A stretch of 64,000 nt of DNA from an uncultured Actinomycetes bacterium (GCA_963757545.1 CAVWSA010000025.1:6898-70897), one strand, 5' to 3'; counted from the first letter of the stretch, positions 48,047-57,347 are shown. Numbers and translations are program-made. Notes: generated by a model from the letters alone, not told the origin.

Positions 48047-49539
48047 CTACAGGCCCGGGTAACTCGGGAACGAGCAGGACGGCACGCTGCCGCTGCCGGT
48101 GAACGAGGTGACGGTCACGTCCGTGCCGGACGGGGTGATGTTGCTGTTGTACGTGCGGATGCTGGCGTACTCGGCGCTGGTGCTGGTCGCGTCGAGGCTG
48201 ACGTTCTCCAGGGTCAGCCCGAGCAGGTGGCTGGAGTTGTAGCCCTCCAGCACGGACTGGGCGCTGGACGCCGAACTGACCGCCTTCAGCCCGTCCACCA
48301 CGATGTTCTCGAAGTACGGCGTGGTCGAGCCGTTGCCGGATGAGTAGAACGGGTTGAACTCCAGCGCGTGCTTGACCCCGGTCAGGCAGTTGCTGTCGTA
48401 GGTCACCCCGTTGACCGTGCCGCCCTCGCTGGACGTGGTCTTGATCCGCAGCCCGTTGTTGTCGCTGCTCACGTTCCCGGCCGAGTCGGTCCCGCTGACC
48501 GTGTTGTTCTCGACCAGGATGTTGCTCACCCCGTACTGGGTCTGGCTGCCGATGGAGATCCCGTGCGTGCCGTAGAAGTGGCTGTTCTCGATGGTCATGT
48601 TGGACGCGGCGGCCGAGTTGGTCTTGATCGCGATGCCGTCGTCGCCGTCCTGGATGTAGGAGTCGTTCACGGTGACGTTGGACGCGCTGTCCGGGTCGAT
48701 GCCGTCGGTGTTCCGCGCCGTGGCCGGGGTCTTGATCCGCACCCCCCACACGGTGAGCCCGCTGCCGCCCTCGAAGTAGATGTGGAACAGCGGCGCGTTG
48801 ATCAGGTCCACGTCGTACACGGTGAAGTTGTTCACGTCGTGCGCCTCGATCAGCCGCGGGTTGTTCTGGTCGTCACCATCGGTCTTGGCCGTGTTGGACA
48901 GCGTCCACCAGCTTCCGCTGGTGCCCAGGATGTCCTGGTCACCCCGCCCGTTGATGGCGCCCTGGCTGCCGCTCGGGCTCTGCGTGCCCATGATGGCGGC
49001 GTTCGACCCGGTCACGTTGATGAACGGCTTGCAGCCGTTGCCGCTGGACGCCACGGTGCCGCAGGTGGCCTGGCCGGACACCTGATAGTTGGCCGGGTTG
49101 CGGGACGCGTACAGCGTGGCGCCCGCGTCGAACGAGCAGGGTCACGCTGGCGGGCAGCGACAGCGGGCCGGACAGGAAACTGTTGTCGCTGCCGCTGGGG
49201 GCCAGCACGACCGCCTCGCCGGTGCCGCTGCAACTGTTCAGCGCGGACTGGATCCGCGAGGTGTCCGGCGGCGCGGCCTCGGCGCTGCTGCTGAACTGCT
49301 CGTTGCTGGTGGCCAGGGTGGCGCTCAGCGTGGCGCAGGTGGCCGGGACGCTGGGCTGGGCCACCGCGCGGCTGTCCCCGGTGGCCAGGGCCAGGCTGGC
49401 CGCCGCGCGGCTGGCCAGGCCCGGCCGGGTGGCTGGCCGCCGCGGCCGCGGGCAGCGCGAAGCCTGCCACGGCAGCGATGAGAGCGCTAACAACTGTGCT
49501 GATGGCTAACTGGCGGGGACGGACGGGAGGGTGTTTCAC
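48047..49539 (-). pseudogene. GH28 endo-polygalacturonase (PehA-like), two frame changes (about 49435 and 49130)
   Basis: GTG 49539 gives the signal VKHPPVRPRQLAISTVVSALIAAVAGFALPAAAAA. Then come ATCATLSATLATSNEQF...SRIQSALNSCSG...FLSGPLSLPASVTLLV and the core in ORF 48047..49081 with NTDGIDP, GDDGIAIK, THGISIGS and RIKT. Confidence 0.8.
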
Positions 49540-49840
49540 GGGGACAGTCCTCTCAGGCGGGCCTCTGCGAGCGGGCGGCGGGGCGACAGCGGCCTCCACG
49601 GGCCGGCCAGTGCTCTGCGGCCCGGCCGGCCGGCGCGCCCCGCTCCCGAGGGCTGTCCCGCCGAACGCTACGGACCCGCTGGCCCCCGGGCAAGAAACTC
49701 CCGGCTCTTCGCCAGCCCGGCCGCATCCACGCAGGTCAGCGAGGCCGTGGCCGGCCCGCGGATGAAAGGAACATGAAACCCGCAGCGGCCAGCCAGCCGG
49801 CCATCCGACGGTCTCCGCTGCGGTCGCCGGTTGCCGCCTC

Positions 49841-49885
49841 TAACTCCGGAGAGTTATCGTGTTATTACTTATTGTGCTGGAGTTC
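49841..49885. promoter_or_regulatory. sharply AT-rich 45-nt island with inverted repeats, ~300 nt upstream of the GH28 gene
   Basis: TAACTC-CGGA-GAGTTA (49841-49856). AACTCCGG (49842-49849) faces CTGGAGTT (49877-49884). The sequence between them is TCGTGTTATTACTTATTGTG. Confidence 0.3.
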
Positions 49886-50022
49886 GCCGCCGGGTCGCCG
49901 CCCGGCCGGCTGGCACCTACCGGGCTGCCCGCCATCCGCTCCGCCTCAGCCGTCACTGAGCGCGGAGCGGATGGCGGCCAGGTCGCCCTCCACGTCACGG
50001 GTAGAGGTGCGCGCCGGCCGCA

Positions 50023-51483
50023 CTAGGAGACTGGGCGCAGCGGCTCGGGCAGCAGCTGTGCGGGGAAGTCCTGGTAGGTCACCGGGATCAGCCAGCGCCG
50101 GATGGCGGTGGCGCCGACCGAGGTGAACCCCGGTGCGGTGGTGGCCGGGAACGGGCCGCCGTGCTGCTGGGCCCAGGTGACCGCGACCCCGGTCGGCCAG
50201 CCGTTCCACACCACCCGCCCCGTGGTGCGGGTGAACACGTCGGCGACCTGGGCCGCGGCCGCCAGGTCGGTGGCCGAGTCCGGGTCGCCGTGGATCACCC
50301 CGGCCAGGTTGCCGCCCAGCCGGGCCAGCACCGGCAGCAGGTCCTCCGCTGACTGGTAGGTGATGACCAGCCCGGCCGGGCCGAAGTGCTCCTCGGCCGT
50401 GCCGGGCAGCCCGGCCGCGAACTGCTCCAGCGTGGTGCCGAAGACGTGCGGGGTGGCCGCCCACGGCCCCTCCCCCGGCTGCCCGTCGGCGATCGGGCTG
50501 ACCGCCGGGCTGGCGGCCAGCTCGTCCACGGCGGCCTGGTAGGACTCGTGGATCCGGCCGGTCAGCATGGGCGCGCCCGCGGATCCGGCGACCGCGTCCG
50601 CGATCGCGCCGCGCAGCCCGGGGTCGTCGGGCACGAACATCAGGCCCGGGTTGGTGCAGAACTGGCCCGCGCCCAGGGTGAGCGACCCGGCGTACCCGGC
50701 GGCGATCTCGGCCGGCCGGGCGGCCGCCGCGCCGGGCAGGATGACCACCGGGTTGACCGAGCCAAGCTCGCCGAAGAACGGGATCGGCACCGGGCGTTCC
50801 GCGCAGATCCTGGCCAGCGCCAGCCCGCCGCGCACCGACCCGGTGAACCCGGCCGCGGCGATGGCCGGGTGCCGCAGCAGCCGGATGCCGGCCGGCACGC
50901 CGTACACGACGGCGAACGTGCCCGGCGGCGCGCCCGCCCCGGCCAGCGCCCCGGACACGATCTCGGCGGTCAGCACCGAGGTCTGCGGATGCCCCTCGTG
51001 CGCCTTGACCACCACCGGGCAGCCGGCCGCCAGCGCCGACGCGGTGTCCCCGCCCGCTACCGAGAACGCGAACGGGAAGTTGGACGCGGCGAACACGGCG
51101 ACCGGGCCGATCGGGTGCATCATGTGCCGCAGCCCGGGCACCCCGCTGCCCGGCGGGCTGGTGATCACGTCCAGGTAGCCGCCGTCGGCCAGCACATCGC
51201 AGAACATCCGGAGCTGGCCGGTGGTGCGGGCCACCTCACCGGTCAGCCGGGTGCTGCCCAGCGCGGTCTCGGTGTCGGCCAGCGCGGCCAGTTCGGCGGC
51301 CCGTGCGTCCAGCGCGTCGGCCACCGCGGCCAGCGCCTTAGCCCGCCCGGCCGGGCCGGCCCCGGACCAGGCCGCGAGTGCCCCGGCCGCCGCCGTGGCC
51401 GCCGCGTCCACCGCGCTGTCGCTGGTCTCGGCCACCGGCTCGCCGGTGGGCTGGCCGGTCCGCGGGTCGAATCCCTGGATCAT
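50023..51483 (-). CDS. NAD(P)-dependent aldehyde dehydrogenase (alpha-ketoglutaric-semialdehyde-dehydrogenase-like)
   Basis: FAASNFPFAFSVAGGDTASALAAGCPVVVKAHEGHP, FFGELGSVNP, GAGQFCTNPG (catalytic Cys). Start at ATG 51483 (MIQGFDP) within track ORF 50023..51654. Confidence 0.85.
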   Translation of the reverse strand: MIQGFDPRTGQPTGEPVAETSDSAVDAAATAAAGALAAWSGAGPAGRAKALAAVADALDARAAELAALADTETALGSTRLTGEVARTTGQLRMFCDVLADGGYLDVITSPPGSGVPGLRHMMHPIGPVAVFAASNFPFAFSVAGGDTASALAAGCPVVVKAHEGHPQTSVLTAEIVSGALAGAGAPPGTFAVVYGVPAGIRLLRHPAIAAAGFTGSVRGGLALARICAERPVPIPFFGELGSVNPVVILPGAAAARPAEIAAGYAGSLTLGAGQFCTNPGLMFVPDDPGLRGAIADAVAGSAGAPMLTGRIHESYQAAVDELAASPAVSPIADGQPGEGPWAATPHVFGTTLEQFAAGLPGTAEEHFGPAGLVITYQSAEDLLPVLARLGGNLAGVIHGDPDSATDLAAAAQVADVFTRTTGRVVWNGWPTGVAVTWAQQHGGPFPATTAPGFTSVGATAIRRWLIPVTYQDFPAQLLPEPLRPVS

Positions 51484-51554
51484 GAAATTCCGTCCTGTCG
51501 CTGCTGAGCCAGCCGGGGCACCGGCACGCCGGTCCACCCTATGCGCGGCATTTC

Positions 51555-51650
51555 TTTGCGCCTCCGGGGGGCTGGACCCGCCGACTTCCCTCCTCGCTCG
51601 TTCCTTGCTCGTCAGTCCAGTCAGCGGCGCCCCCCTTCGGCGCGGGGCCG
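51555..51650 (+). repeat. GC-rich dispersed repeat, family 2, copy E1
   Basis: Its reverse complement aligns at roughly 85-90% (by eye) with 52755-52860. It contains the CE8 stop codon (51621-51623) and the last ~10 codons. Confidence 0.7.
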
Positions 51651-54377
51651 CCATCCGCCCAGGTAGTCAGCCACCGTGTACTGCGCCGCCTGCGCCGCGG
51701 TGAGCTGCGGCACGTCCGCGGCCACGACGGCGCCCGGCCCGGCGTTCTGGTACTCGTAGAACCGGGCGTCCTGCCACGGGAACGGCGGGCTGGTCCAGTT
51801 CTGCCACTGCTCCGGGTTGATCGCCGCGGGCAGGTAGGTGTCCCGGATGGTGATCTGGCCTACCGGGTTGGTCACCCCGGTATGCCGCCACGGCCGGCCC
51901 AGGTAGTAGCTGGCCGCGGCCAGGTTCCCGGGGCTGTTGATGATGCGGCTGTTGGTGATCAGGTAGCCATACGGCTGCTCCAGCCCGGTGTCCGGGGCAC
52001 TTACCGTGCCCCCCGGGTGGCCCAGAATGTCGATGGTGTCGTGGTCGAACACGGCCGTGCCCGAGCCACACAGGAAGTCCACCTGGCCGGAGATGTAGTC
52101 GTCCAGGTAGAGCTGCCGGGCGGGCGGCGGCGTGGTGCTGCCCGGCGGCGACGTGGCGGGCGGCCCGCCCGGGGCGAAGCACTCGGCCGGGGTGAACGGG
52201 TCCGCGTACGAACTGGCGAACACCGTGTCCTGGATGCCGAGCAGCCGGTCCCGGGCGAACACCACCCGGTCGGCCACCGTCTTGACCGCCACCGCCTGCG
52301 GCGAGGTGATCTGCGGGTTGGCCGCCGGGTCGAAGGAGTTCTGCACGGTGATGCCGTAGGCGGCGAACCCGTTGCCGGCCACCGACAGGGTGGCGCTGCA
52401 GTCGGTGCCGTACTGGTTGCCGTTGGGCGCGACCGTGCCGTGCGCGATGTCGTCCACCAGGACGACGTCGCGCGGGTTCCCAGTCGCCCCGGCCAGCGTG
52501 ATGTCCGGCTCGGAGGCGGGCACGTAGATCTGGCCCCAGTAAGTGCCCGGGTCGATCCGGATCGTCACCGGCCCGCTACCCGGCGGGATCGCGTCCAGCG
52601 CTGCCTGCACCGAGGCGAACGTCCCGGGCCGACCGCTCTGCGACACCACCAGCAGGTGGTGCCTCCCCGCGACGCCGGCCCAGGCCGGCCCCTGCGCCGC
52701 GAGGAGGGTCAATAAGGCCGCCGCGCCAAAGGCGCGCGCCGCCGTCTGGACTGCCGCGCCGAAGGGGGGCGCCGCCGACTGGACTGAGGAGCGCGGAGCG
52801 AGGAACGAGTGACAAGCGACGAGGGAAGACGGCGGGTCCAAGCCCCCCGGAGGCGCAAAGCAAGCAGAGTACGAGCGAACAAGCGACGAGGGAAGACAGC
52901 GCAGTGAAGGGGGAATGGGGAGGTGGGCGGGGCGCCGGAGGCGCCAAATCATGACTGTCACCGGGGTGCCGCCGACGGTCACGTCCTCGACGACCAGGTT
53001 GGAGATGTACTGGGCCGAGTTGGCCACGGTGGACGTGGTAATGGTGAGGTCGTCCAGGGTGACGGTGCCGACCGGGTCGGTGGCCGACGCGCCGACGATC
53101 GACCACACTCCCTCGCAACTGCCCACCGTCCAGTCAGCCAGCGTGATGCCGGTGATGTCGGGCGGGAAGTCCCCGGTCTGCCCGCTGTAGTTGCCCTGGA
53201 TCAGCAGCAGCGGGCCGCCGACCGTGCCGGCGTTGATCCGGTACACGTTGCTGTTGAGCGCGTAGCCGCCGCGCAGCGTGTTGGTCTTGATCCGGTGCCC
53301 GGCCTGCAGGTTGGCGCTGTTCAGGGTCAGGTCGCGGGCGTAGACGTTCCGCACCCCGCCGGTCATCTCGCTGCCGATGGTGATGCCGCCGTGCCCGTTG
53401 GCGAAGTTGCAGTTCTGGATGACCACGTTCTGGCTGGGCACGTTGACCCGGCGGCCGTCGGCGTCCCGGCCGGACTTGATCGCGATGCAGTCGTCGCCGG
53501 TGTTGAACGTGACCGAGTCGATGACCACCCCGTCGCAGGACTCCGGGTCGCAGCCGTCGGTGTTCGGCCCGGACGAGTTGATGCTCACGCCCTCGACCGT
53601 GACGTTGCTGCACAGGTTCGGGTTCAGGTGCCAGAACGGCGAGTTGATGAACGTGACGCCCTGGAGCAGCACGGTGTCGGTCAGGAACGGCTGGATCATC
53701 TGCGGCGGCAGGAAGTGCCCGGCGCCAAACACCCGCTGGGCGACCGGCACGTTGTCGTCGGCCATCTGCTCCAGTAGAGAGAAATCGGCGGTCTCCATGT
53801 CCTTCCAGTTCCACCAGTGGTTTGCGTCGGCCTGCCCGTTCAGCGTGCCCTGGCCGGTGATGGCGATGTTCCGCTGGCCGTAGGAGTAGACCGGCGGCGA
53901 GTAGTTCATCAGCTCGATGCCCTGCCACCGGGTGAGCACCACCGGCAGGTAGGCGTTCGGGTCCTGGCTGAACAGGATGACCGAGTCCGCGTTGGCCAGG
54001 TGCAGATCGACGTTGCTGAGCAGGTGGATGGCCCCGGTGAAGAACTGCCCGGACGGGACGATCACGTGCCCGCCGCCGGCCCGGTGGCAGGCGGCGATGG
54101 CCGCGGCGAACGCGGCCGTGCAGTCGGTGGTCCCGTCCCCGACGGCGCCGAACCGGGTGACCGGGAAGAACCGGCGGGGAAACCATGGACGGCGCACCGA
54201 GGCGACGATGCGGTCAGCGGCCCGGTCCATGGCCGACCAGGGACCAGACGGGCGGCTGGGCCGCGCGGTGGCAGCGCTAACATTTGCCGCGCCGGCCCAC
54301 AGCGGGCTGGTTAAGGCTCCGGCTCCGGCCAGTGCCGAGTAGCGGAGCATGCTGCGGCGGTTGAGGTCCTTCGACAT
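51621..54377 (-). CDS. single 918-aa ORF joining a Tat-signal GH28 exo-polygalacturonase-like module (54377 to ~52955) and a CE8 pectin methylesterase module (~52670 to 51621) through ~95 repeat-encoded codons
   Basis: GH28 part: MSKDLNRRSMLRYSALAGAGAL, NTDGCDP, GDDCIAIKSG, GHGGITIGSE, RIKT. CE8 part: QAVAVK, GIQDTVF, DFLCG, YYLGRPW. No in-frame stop lies between them. ATG 54377 is preceded by GGAGG. Confidence 0.75.
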   Translation of the reverse strand: MSKDLNRRSMLRYSALAGAGALTSPLWAGAANVSAATARPSRPSGPWSAMDRAADRIVASVRRPWFPRRFFPVTRFGAVGDGTTDCTAAFAAAIAACHRAGGGHVIVPSGQFFTGAIHLLSNVDLHLANADSVILFSQDPNAYLPVVLTRWQGIELMNYSPPVYSYGQRNIAITGQGTLNGQADANHWWNWKDMETADFSLLEQMADDNVPVAQRVFGAGHFLPPQMIQPFLTDTVLLQGVTFINSPFWHLNPNLCSNVTVEGVSINSSGPNTDGCDPESCDGVVIDSVTFNTGDDCIAIKSGRDADGRRVNVPSQNVVIQNCNFANGHGGITIGSEMTGGVRNVYARDLTLNSANLQAGHRIKTNTLRGGYALNSNVYRINAGTVGGPLLLIQGNYSGQTGDFPPDITGITLADWTVGSCEGVWSIVGASATDPVGTVTLDDLTITTSTVANSAQYISNLVVEDVTVGGTPVTVMIWRLRRPAHLPIPPSLRCLPSSLVRSYSACFAPPGGLDPPSSLVACHSFLAPRSSVQSAAPPFGAAVQTAARAFGAAALLTLLAAQGPAWAGVAGRHHLLVVSQSGRPGTFASVQAALDAIPPGSGPVTIRIDPGTYWGQIYVPASEPDITLAGATGNPRDVVLVDDIAHGTVAPNGNQYGTDCSATLSVAGNGFAAYGITVQNSFDPAANPQITSPQAVAVKTVADRVVFARDRLLGIQDTVFASSYADPFTPAECFAPGGPPATSPPGSTTPPPARQLYLDDYISGQVDFLCGSGTAVFDHDTIDILGHPGGTVSAPDTGLEQPYGYLITNSRIINSPGNLAAASYYLGRPWRHTGVTNPVGQITIRDTYLPAAINPEQWQNWTSPPFPWQDARFYEYQNAGPGAVVAADVPQLTAAQAAQYTVADYLGGWRPRAEGGRR
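52716..52948 (-). repeat. GC-rich dispersed repeat, family 2, composite copy E2 (inverted relative to E1, with internal duplications and a family-1-like end module)
   Basis: A 33-nt unit GCCGCGCCAAAGGCGCGCGCCGCCGTCTGGACT / GCCGCGCCGAAGGGGGGCGCCGCCGACTGGACT occurs in tandem. ACAAGCGACGAGGGAAGAC occurs twice. GGCGGGGCGCCGGAGGCGCC (52926-52945) resembles hairpin 1 of family 1. Confidence 0.7.
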
Positions 54378-54401
54378 TGCGGTTACCTCCATCTCGTTGG
54401 C

Positions 54402-54496
54402 GAGGCGGGGCGCGCCGGAGGCGTGTCCCCGCCGAGCCGGCGATCGGCGCGAAGCGGCGATCGGGGGGTTCCGGGGGGTCGTCCCCCCGGGCTAAC
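54402..54496 (+). repeat. GC-rich structured dispersed repeat, family 1, copy B
   Basis: Full sequence: GAGGCGGGGCGCGCCGGAGGCGTGTCCCCGCCGAGCCGGCGATCGGCGCGAAGCGGCGATCGGGGGGTTCCGGGGGGTCGTCCCCCCGGGCTAAC. It fills the 119-nt gap between the dehydratase stop (54497) and the GH28 start (54377). Confidence 0.8.
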
Positions 54497-56230
54497 TCAG
54501 CGGGGGTCGGGCTCGGGATTCCGGCCGGCCCTGGCCAGGAACCCGAAATCACAGCCCTTGTCCGCCTGGGTCACGTGCTCGCTGTACAGCGCGCCGTAAC
54601 CACGCTCATACCGGGGCGGCGGCGGCCGCCAGGCGGCGCGCCGCCGGTGCAGTTCCGCGTCGCTCACCTCCAACCGGAGCGCCCGCTCCGGCACGTCGAG
54701 AGTGATCAGGTCGCCGGTGCGGGCCAGCGCGAGCGGGCCCCCGACGTAGGACTCCGGCGCCACGTGCAGCACGCAGGCCCCGTAGCTGGTGCCGCTCATC
54801 CGGGCGTCACAGATGCGCACCATGTCCCGGACCCCCTGGGCCAGCAGGTAGTCCGGGATGGGCAGCATGCCGTACTCCGGCATGCCCGGGCCGCCGAGCG
54901 GGCCGGTGTTCCGCAGCACCAGCACCGAGTCGGCGGTGATGCCCAGCGCCGGGTCGTCGATGGTGTCCCGGATCTGCTGGTAACTGTCGAACACCACGGC
55001 CGGCCCGGTGTGCTTGAGCAGCGCCGGGTCGGCCGCGATGTGCTTGATCACGGCGCCGTCCGGCGCCAGGTTGCCCCGCAGCACCGCGAGCCCGGCTTCC
55101 GGCGCCAGCGCGGTACTGGCGTTACGGATCACGTCCTCGTTGCCGACCTCAGCCCCGGCCAGCCCGTCAGCGAGGGAACGGCCGGTCACCGTCATCCGGT
55201 CGGGGTGCAGCGCGCCGGGGACCTTGGCCAGTTCGGCCAGCAGTGCGCGCAGGCCGCCGGCGTAGTAGAAGTCCTCCATCAGATATTTGCCGCCGGGGCG
55301 GATGTTGGCCAGCACCGGGACCCGGCGGGCGATCTCGTCGAAGTCGTCCAGGGACAGCGGCACGCCACAGCGCCCGGCCATGGCGATGAGGTGGATGACC
55401 GCGTTGGTCGACCCGCCCAGGGCGAGCACGGTGGCCACCGCGTCCTCGAACGCCTCGGCGGTGAGGATCCGGTCCGGGGTGAGGTTCTCCCAGGCCATCT
55501 CCACGATCCGGCGGCCGGTCGCGGTGGCCATCCGGTAGTGCGCCGAATCCACCGCCGGGATGGACGCCGCGCCGGGCAGCGTCATGCCCAGCGCCTCGGC
55601 CGCCGATGTCATGGTGGACGCGGTGCCCATCGTCATGCAGTGCCCAGGCGAGCGGGCGATGCCGTCGGCCAGGTCGGCCATCTCGCAGTCGCCGATCAGC
55701 CCGGCCCGCTTGTCGTCCCAGTACTTCCACAGATCGGTGCCGCTGCCCAGGGTGCCGCCGCGGTAGTTGCCGCGCAGCATCGGCCCGGCCGGCAGGTAGA
55801 TGGCCGGGATGCCCGCGCTGGCCGCGCCCATCAGCAGCGCCGGGGTGCTCTTGTCACAGCCGCCCATCAGCACCGCGCCGTCGGCCGGGTAGGACCGGAG
55901 CAGTTCCTCGGTGTCCATGGCCAGCAGGTTGCGGTACAGCATCGGGGTCGGCTTCTGGAACGTCTCGGACAGCGAGGCCACGCCGAACTCGGCCGGGAAA
56001 CCGCCCGCCTCCCAGATGCCCCGCCTGACCTGCTCGGCCCGTTCCCGCAGGTGCATGTGGCACGGGTTCAGCTCGGACCAGGTGTTGACGATCGCGATGA
56101 CCGGCTTGCCCCGATAGTCCACGGGGTCCGCGCCGAGCTGGCGCATCCGGGTGCCGTGGCTGAACGCCCGCATCCCGTCGCCGCCGAACCAGCGGTCGCT
56201 GCGGAGCGCTGACCCGGGAGGGCGGCTCAC
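54497..56230 (-). CDS. IlvD/Edd-family sugar-acid dehydratase
   Basis: LRSDRWFGG...NTWSELNPCHMHL...MGGCDKSTPALLMGA...SPGHCMTMGTAST...DARMSGTSYG. GTGA overlap with kdgK. Confidence 0.9.
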   Translation of the reverse strand: MSRPPGSALRSDRWFGGDGMRAFSHGTRMRQLGADPVDYRGKPVIAIVNTWSELNPCHMHLRERAEQVRRGIWEAGGFPAEFGVASLSETFQKPTPMLYRNLLAMDTEELLRSYPADGAVLMGGCDKSTPALLMGAASAGIPAIYLPAGPMLRGNYRGGTLGSGTDLWKYWDDKRAGLIGDCEMADLADGIARSPGHCMTMGTASTMTSAAEALGMTLPGAASIPAVDSAHYRMATATGRRIVEMAWENLTPDRILTAEAFEDAVATVLALGGSTNAVIHLIAMAGRCGVPLSLDDFDEIARRVPVLANIRPGGKYLMEDFYYAGGLRALLAELAKVPGALHPDRMTVTGRSLADGLAGAEVGNEDVIRNASTALAPEAGLAVLRGNLAPDGAVIKHIAADPALLKHTGPAVVFDSYQQIRDTIDDPALGITADSVLVLRNTGPLGGPGMPEYGMLPIPDYLLAQGVRDMVRICDARMSGTSYGACVLHVAPESYVGGPLALARTGDLITLDVPERALRLEVSDAELHRRRAAWRPPPPRYERGYGALYSEHVTQADKGCDFGFLARAGRNPEPDPR

Positions 56231-57327
56231 CGCTGCACCCGGGCGCTGCCCCCGCGCACCAGCGCCTCCACTTCGGCCAGGGTGGCCATGGACGTGTCCC
56301 CGGGCGTCGTCATGGCGAGCGCGCCATGGGCCGCCCCGTACTCGACCGCGGTGGTGAGGTCATCGACGGTCATCAGGGCGTAGATCAGCCCGGAGGCGAA
56401 ACTGTCGCCGCCGCCGACCCGGTCCAGGATGGCCAGGCCGCCGCGGTGCGTCGCCTCGGCGAACGCGCCGCCCGCCCAGGCGACCGCGCCCCAGTCGTTG
56501 GCCGAGGCCGACCGCACCGTCCGCAGCGTGGTGGCCACCACCTTCAGGTGCGGCAACTGTCCGGTCACCTCGCCGATCATCTGCTTGAACGCCGTGGCGC
56601 TGAGCGAGTCGAAGTCCGCCCCGGTGTCCGGCACGTGGAACCCCAGGCAGGCGGTGAAGTCCTCCTCGTTGCCGAGCAGCACATCGACGTGCTCGACCAG
56701 CCGGCGATTGACTTCCTGCGCGCGGGCCTGGCCGCCAATCGCCTGCCAGAGGCTGGGCCGGTAATTCAGGTCGTAGGAAACCACCGTGCCGTGCCGCTGG
56801 GCGGCCTGGGTGGCCTCGGCGACCACGTCCGCCGCCTCCGGCGAGAGGCTGGCGTAGATCCCGCCGGTGTGGAACCAGCGCACGCCGAGCGTGCCGAAGA
56901 TGTGCTCCCACGGGATGTCACCCGGCCGCAGCTGGCTGGCCGCGGTGTGCCCGCGGTCGGACACGCCCCGGGCCCCGCGCACGCCGAAGCCGCGCTCGGT
57001 GAAGTTGAGCCCGTTGCGGACGGTGCGCCCGACGCCGTCGAAGGCAGCCCAGCGGATCAGCGAGGTATCGACGCCGCCCTGCAGGATGAAATCCTCCACC
57101 AGCCGGCCGATGTCGTTGTCGGCGAACGCCGTCACCACCCCGGTCCGCAGCCCGAAACAGCGCCGCAGCCCGCGCGCCACGTTGTACTCGCCGCCGCCTT
57201 CCCAGACCTGGAATGAGCGTGCCGTCCTGATCCGGGTATCCCCGGGGTCGAAGCGCAGCATGACCTCGCCGAGGGAGATCTCGTCGAACCGGCATTCCTC
57301 GGCCGGCCTGGTCTCGATGAGAGCCAT
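56227..57327 (-). CDS. kdgK: PfkB-family sugar kinase, probable 2-dehydro-3-deoxygluconokinase
   Basis: GGGEYNVARGL near the N-terminus and DRVGGGDSFASGLIYAL near the C-terminus. It sits between the dehydratase and eda. Confidence 0.85.
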   Translation of the reverse strand: MALIETRPAEECRFDEISLGEVMLRFDPGDTRIRTARSFQVWEGGGEYNVARGLRRCFGLRTGVVTAFADNDIGRLVEDFILQGGVDTSLIRWAAFDGVGRTVRNGLNFTERGFGVRGARGVSDRGHTAASQLRPGDIPWEHIFGTLGVRWFHTGGIYASLSPEAADVVAEATQAAQRHGTVVSYDLNYRPSLWQAIGGQARAQEVNRRLVEHVDVLLGNEEDFTACLGFHVPDTGADFDSLSATAFKQMIGEVTGQLPHLKVVATTLRTVRSASANDWGAVAWAGGAFAEATHRGGLAILDRVGGGDSFASGLIYALMTVDDLTTAVEYGAAHGALAMTTPGDTSMATLAEVEALVRGGSARVQR

Positions 57328-57347
57328 GGGGTCCCTCTCCTAATCGG

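Noticed and set aside
49600-50022. Possible small genes in the ALDH/GH28 spacer (ORFs 49773..50126(+), 49531..49776(+), 49946..50464(-))
   Set aside because: All have Arg/Pro/Ala-rich composition and lack start context, and two overlap the ALDH coding region in other frames. Apart from the AT-rich element reported separately, nothing there looks coding.
51555-52948. Calling E1/E2 plus the CE8 gene a composite transposon or MITE-flanked mobile cassette
   Set aside because: There is no transposase or integrase. I could not identify target-site duplications, and the repeat ends are ragged with internal duplications. I report them as repeats only; mobility is unproven.
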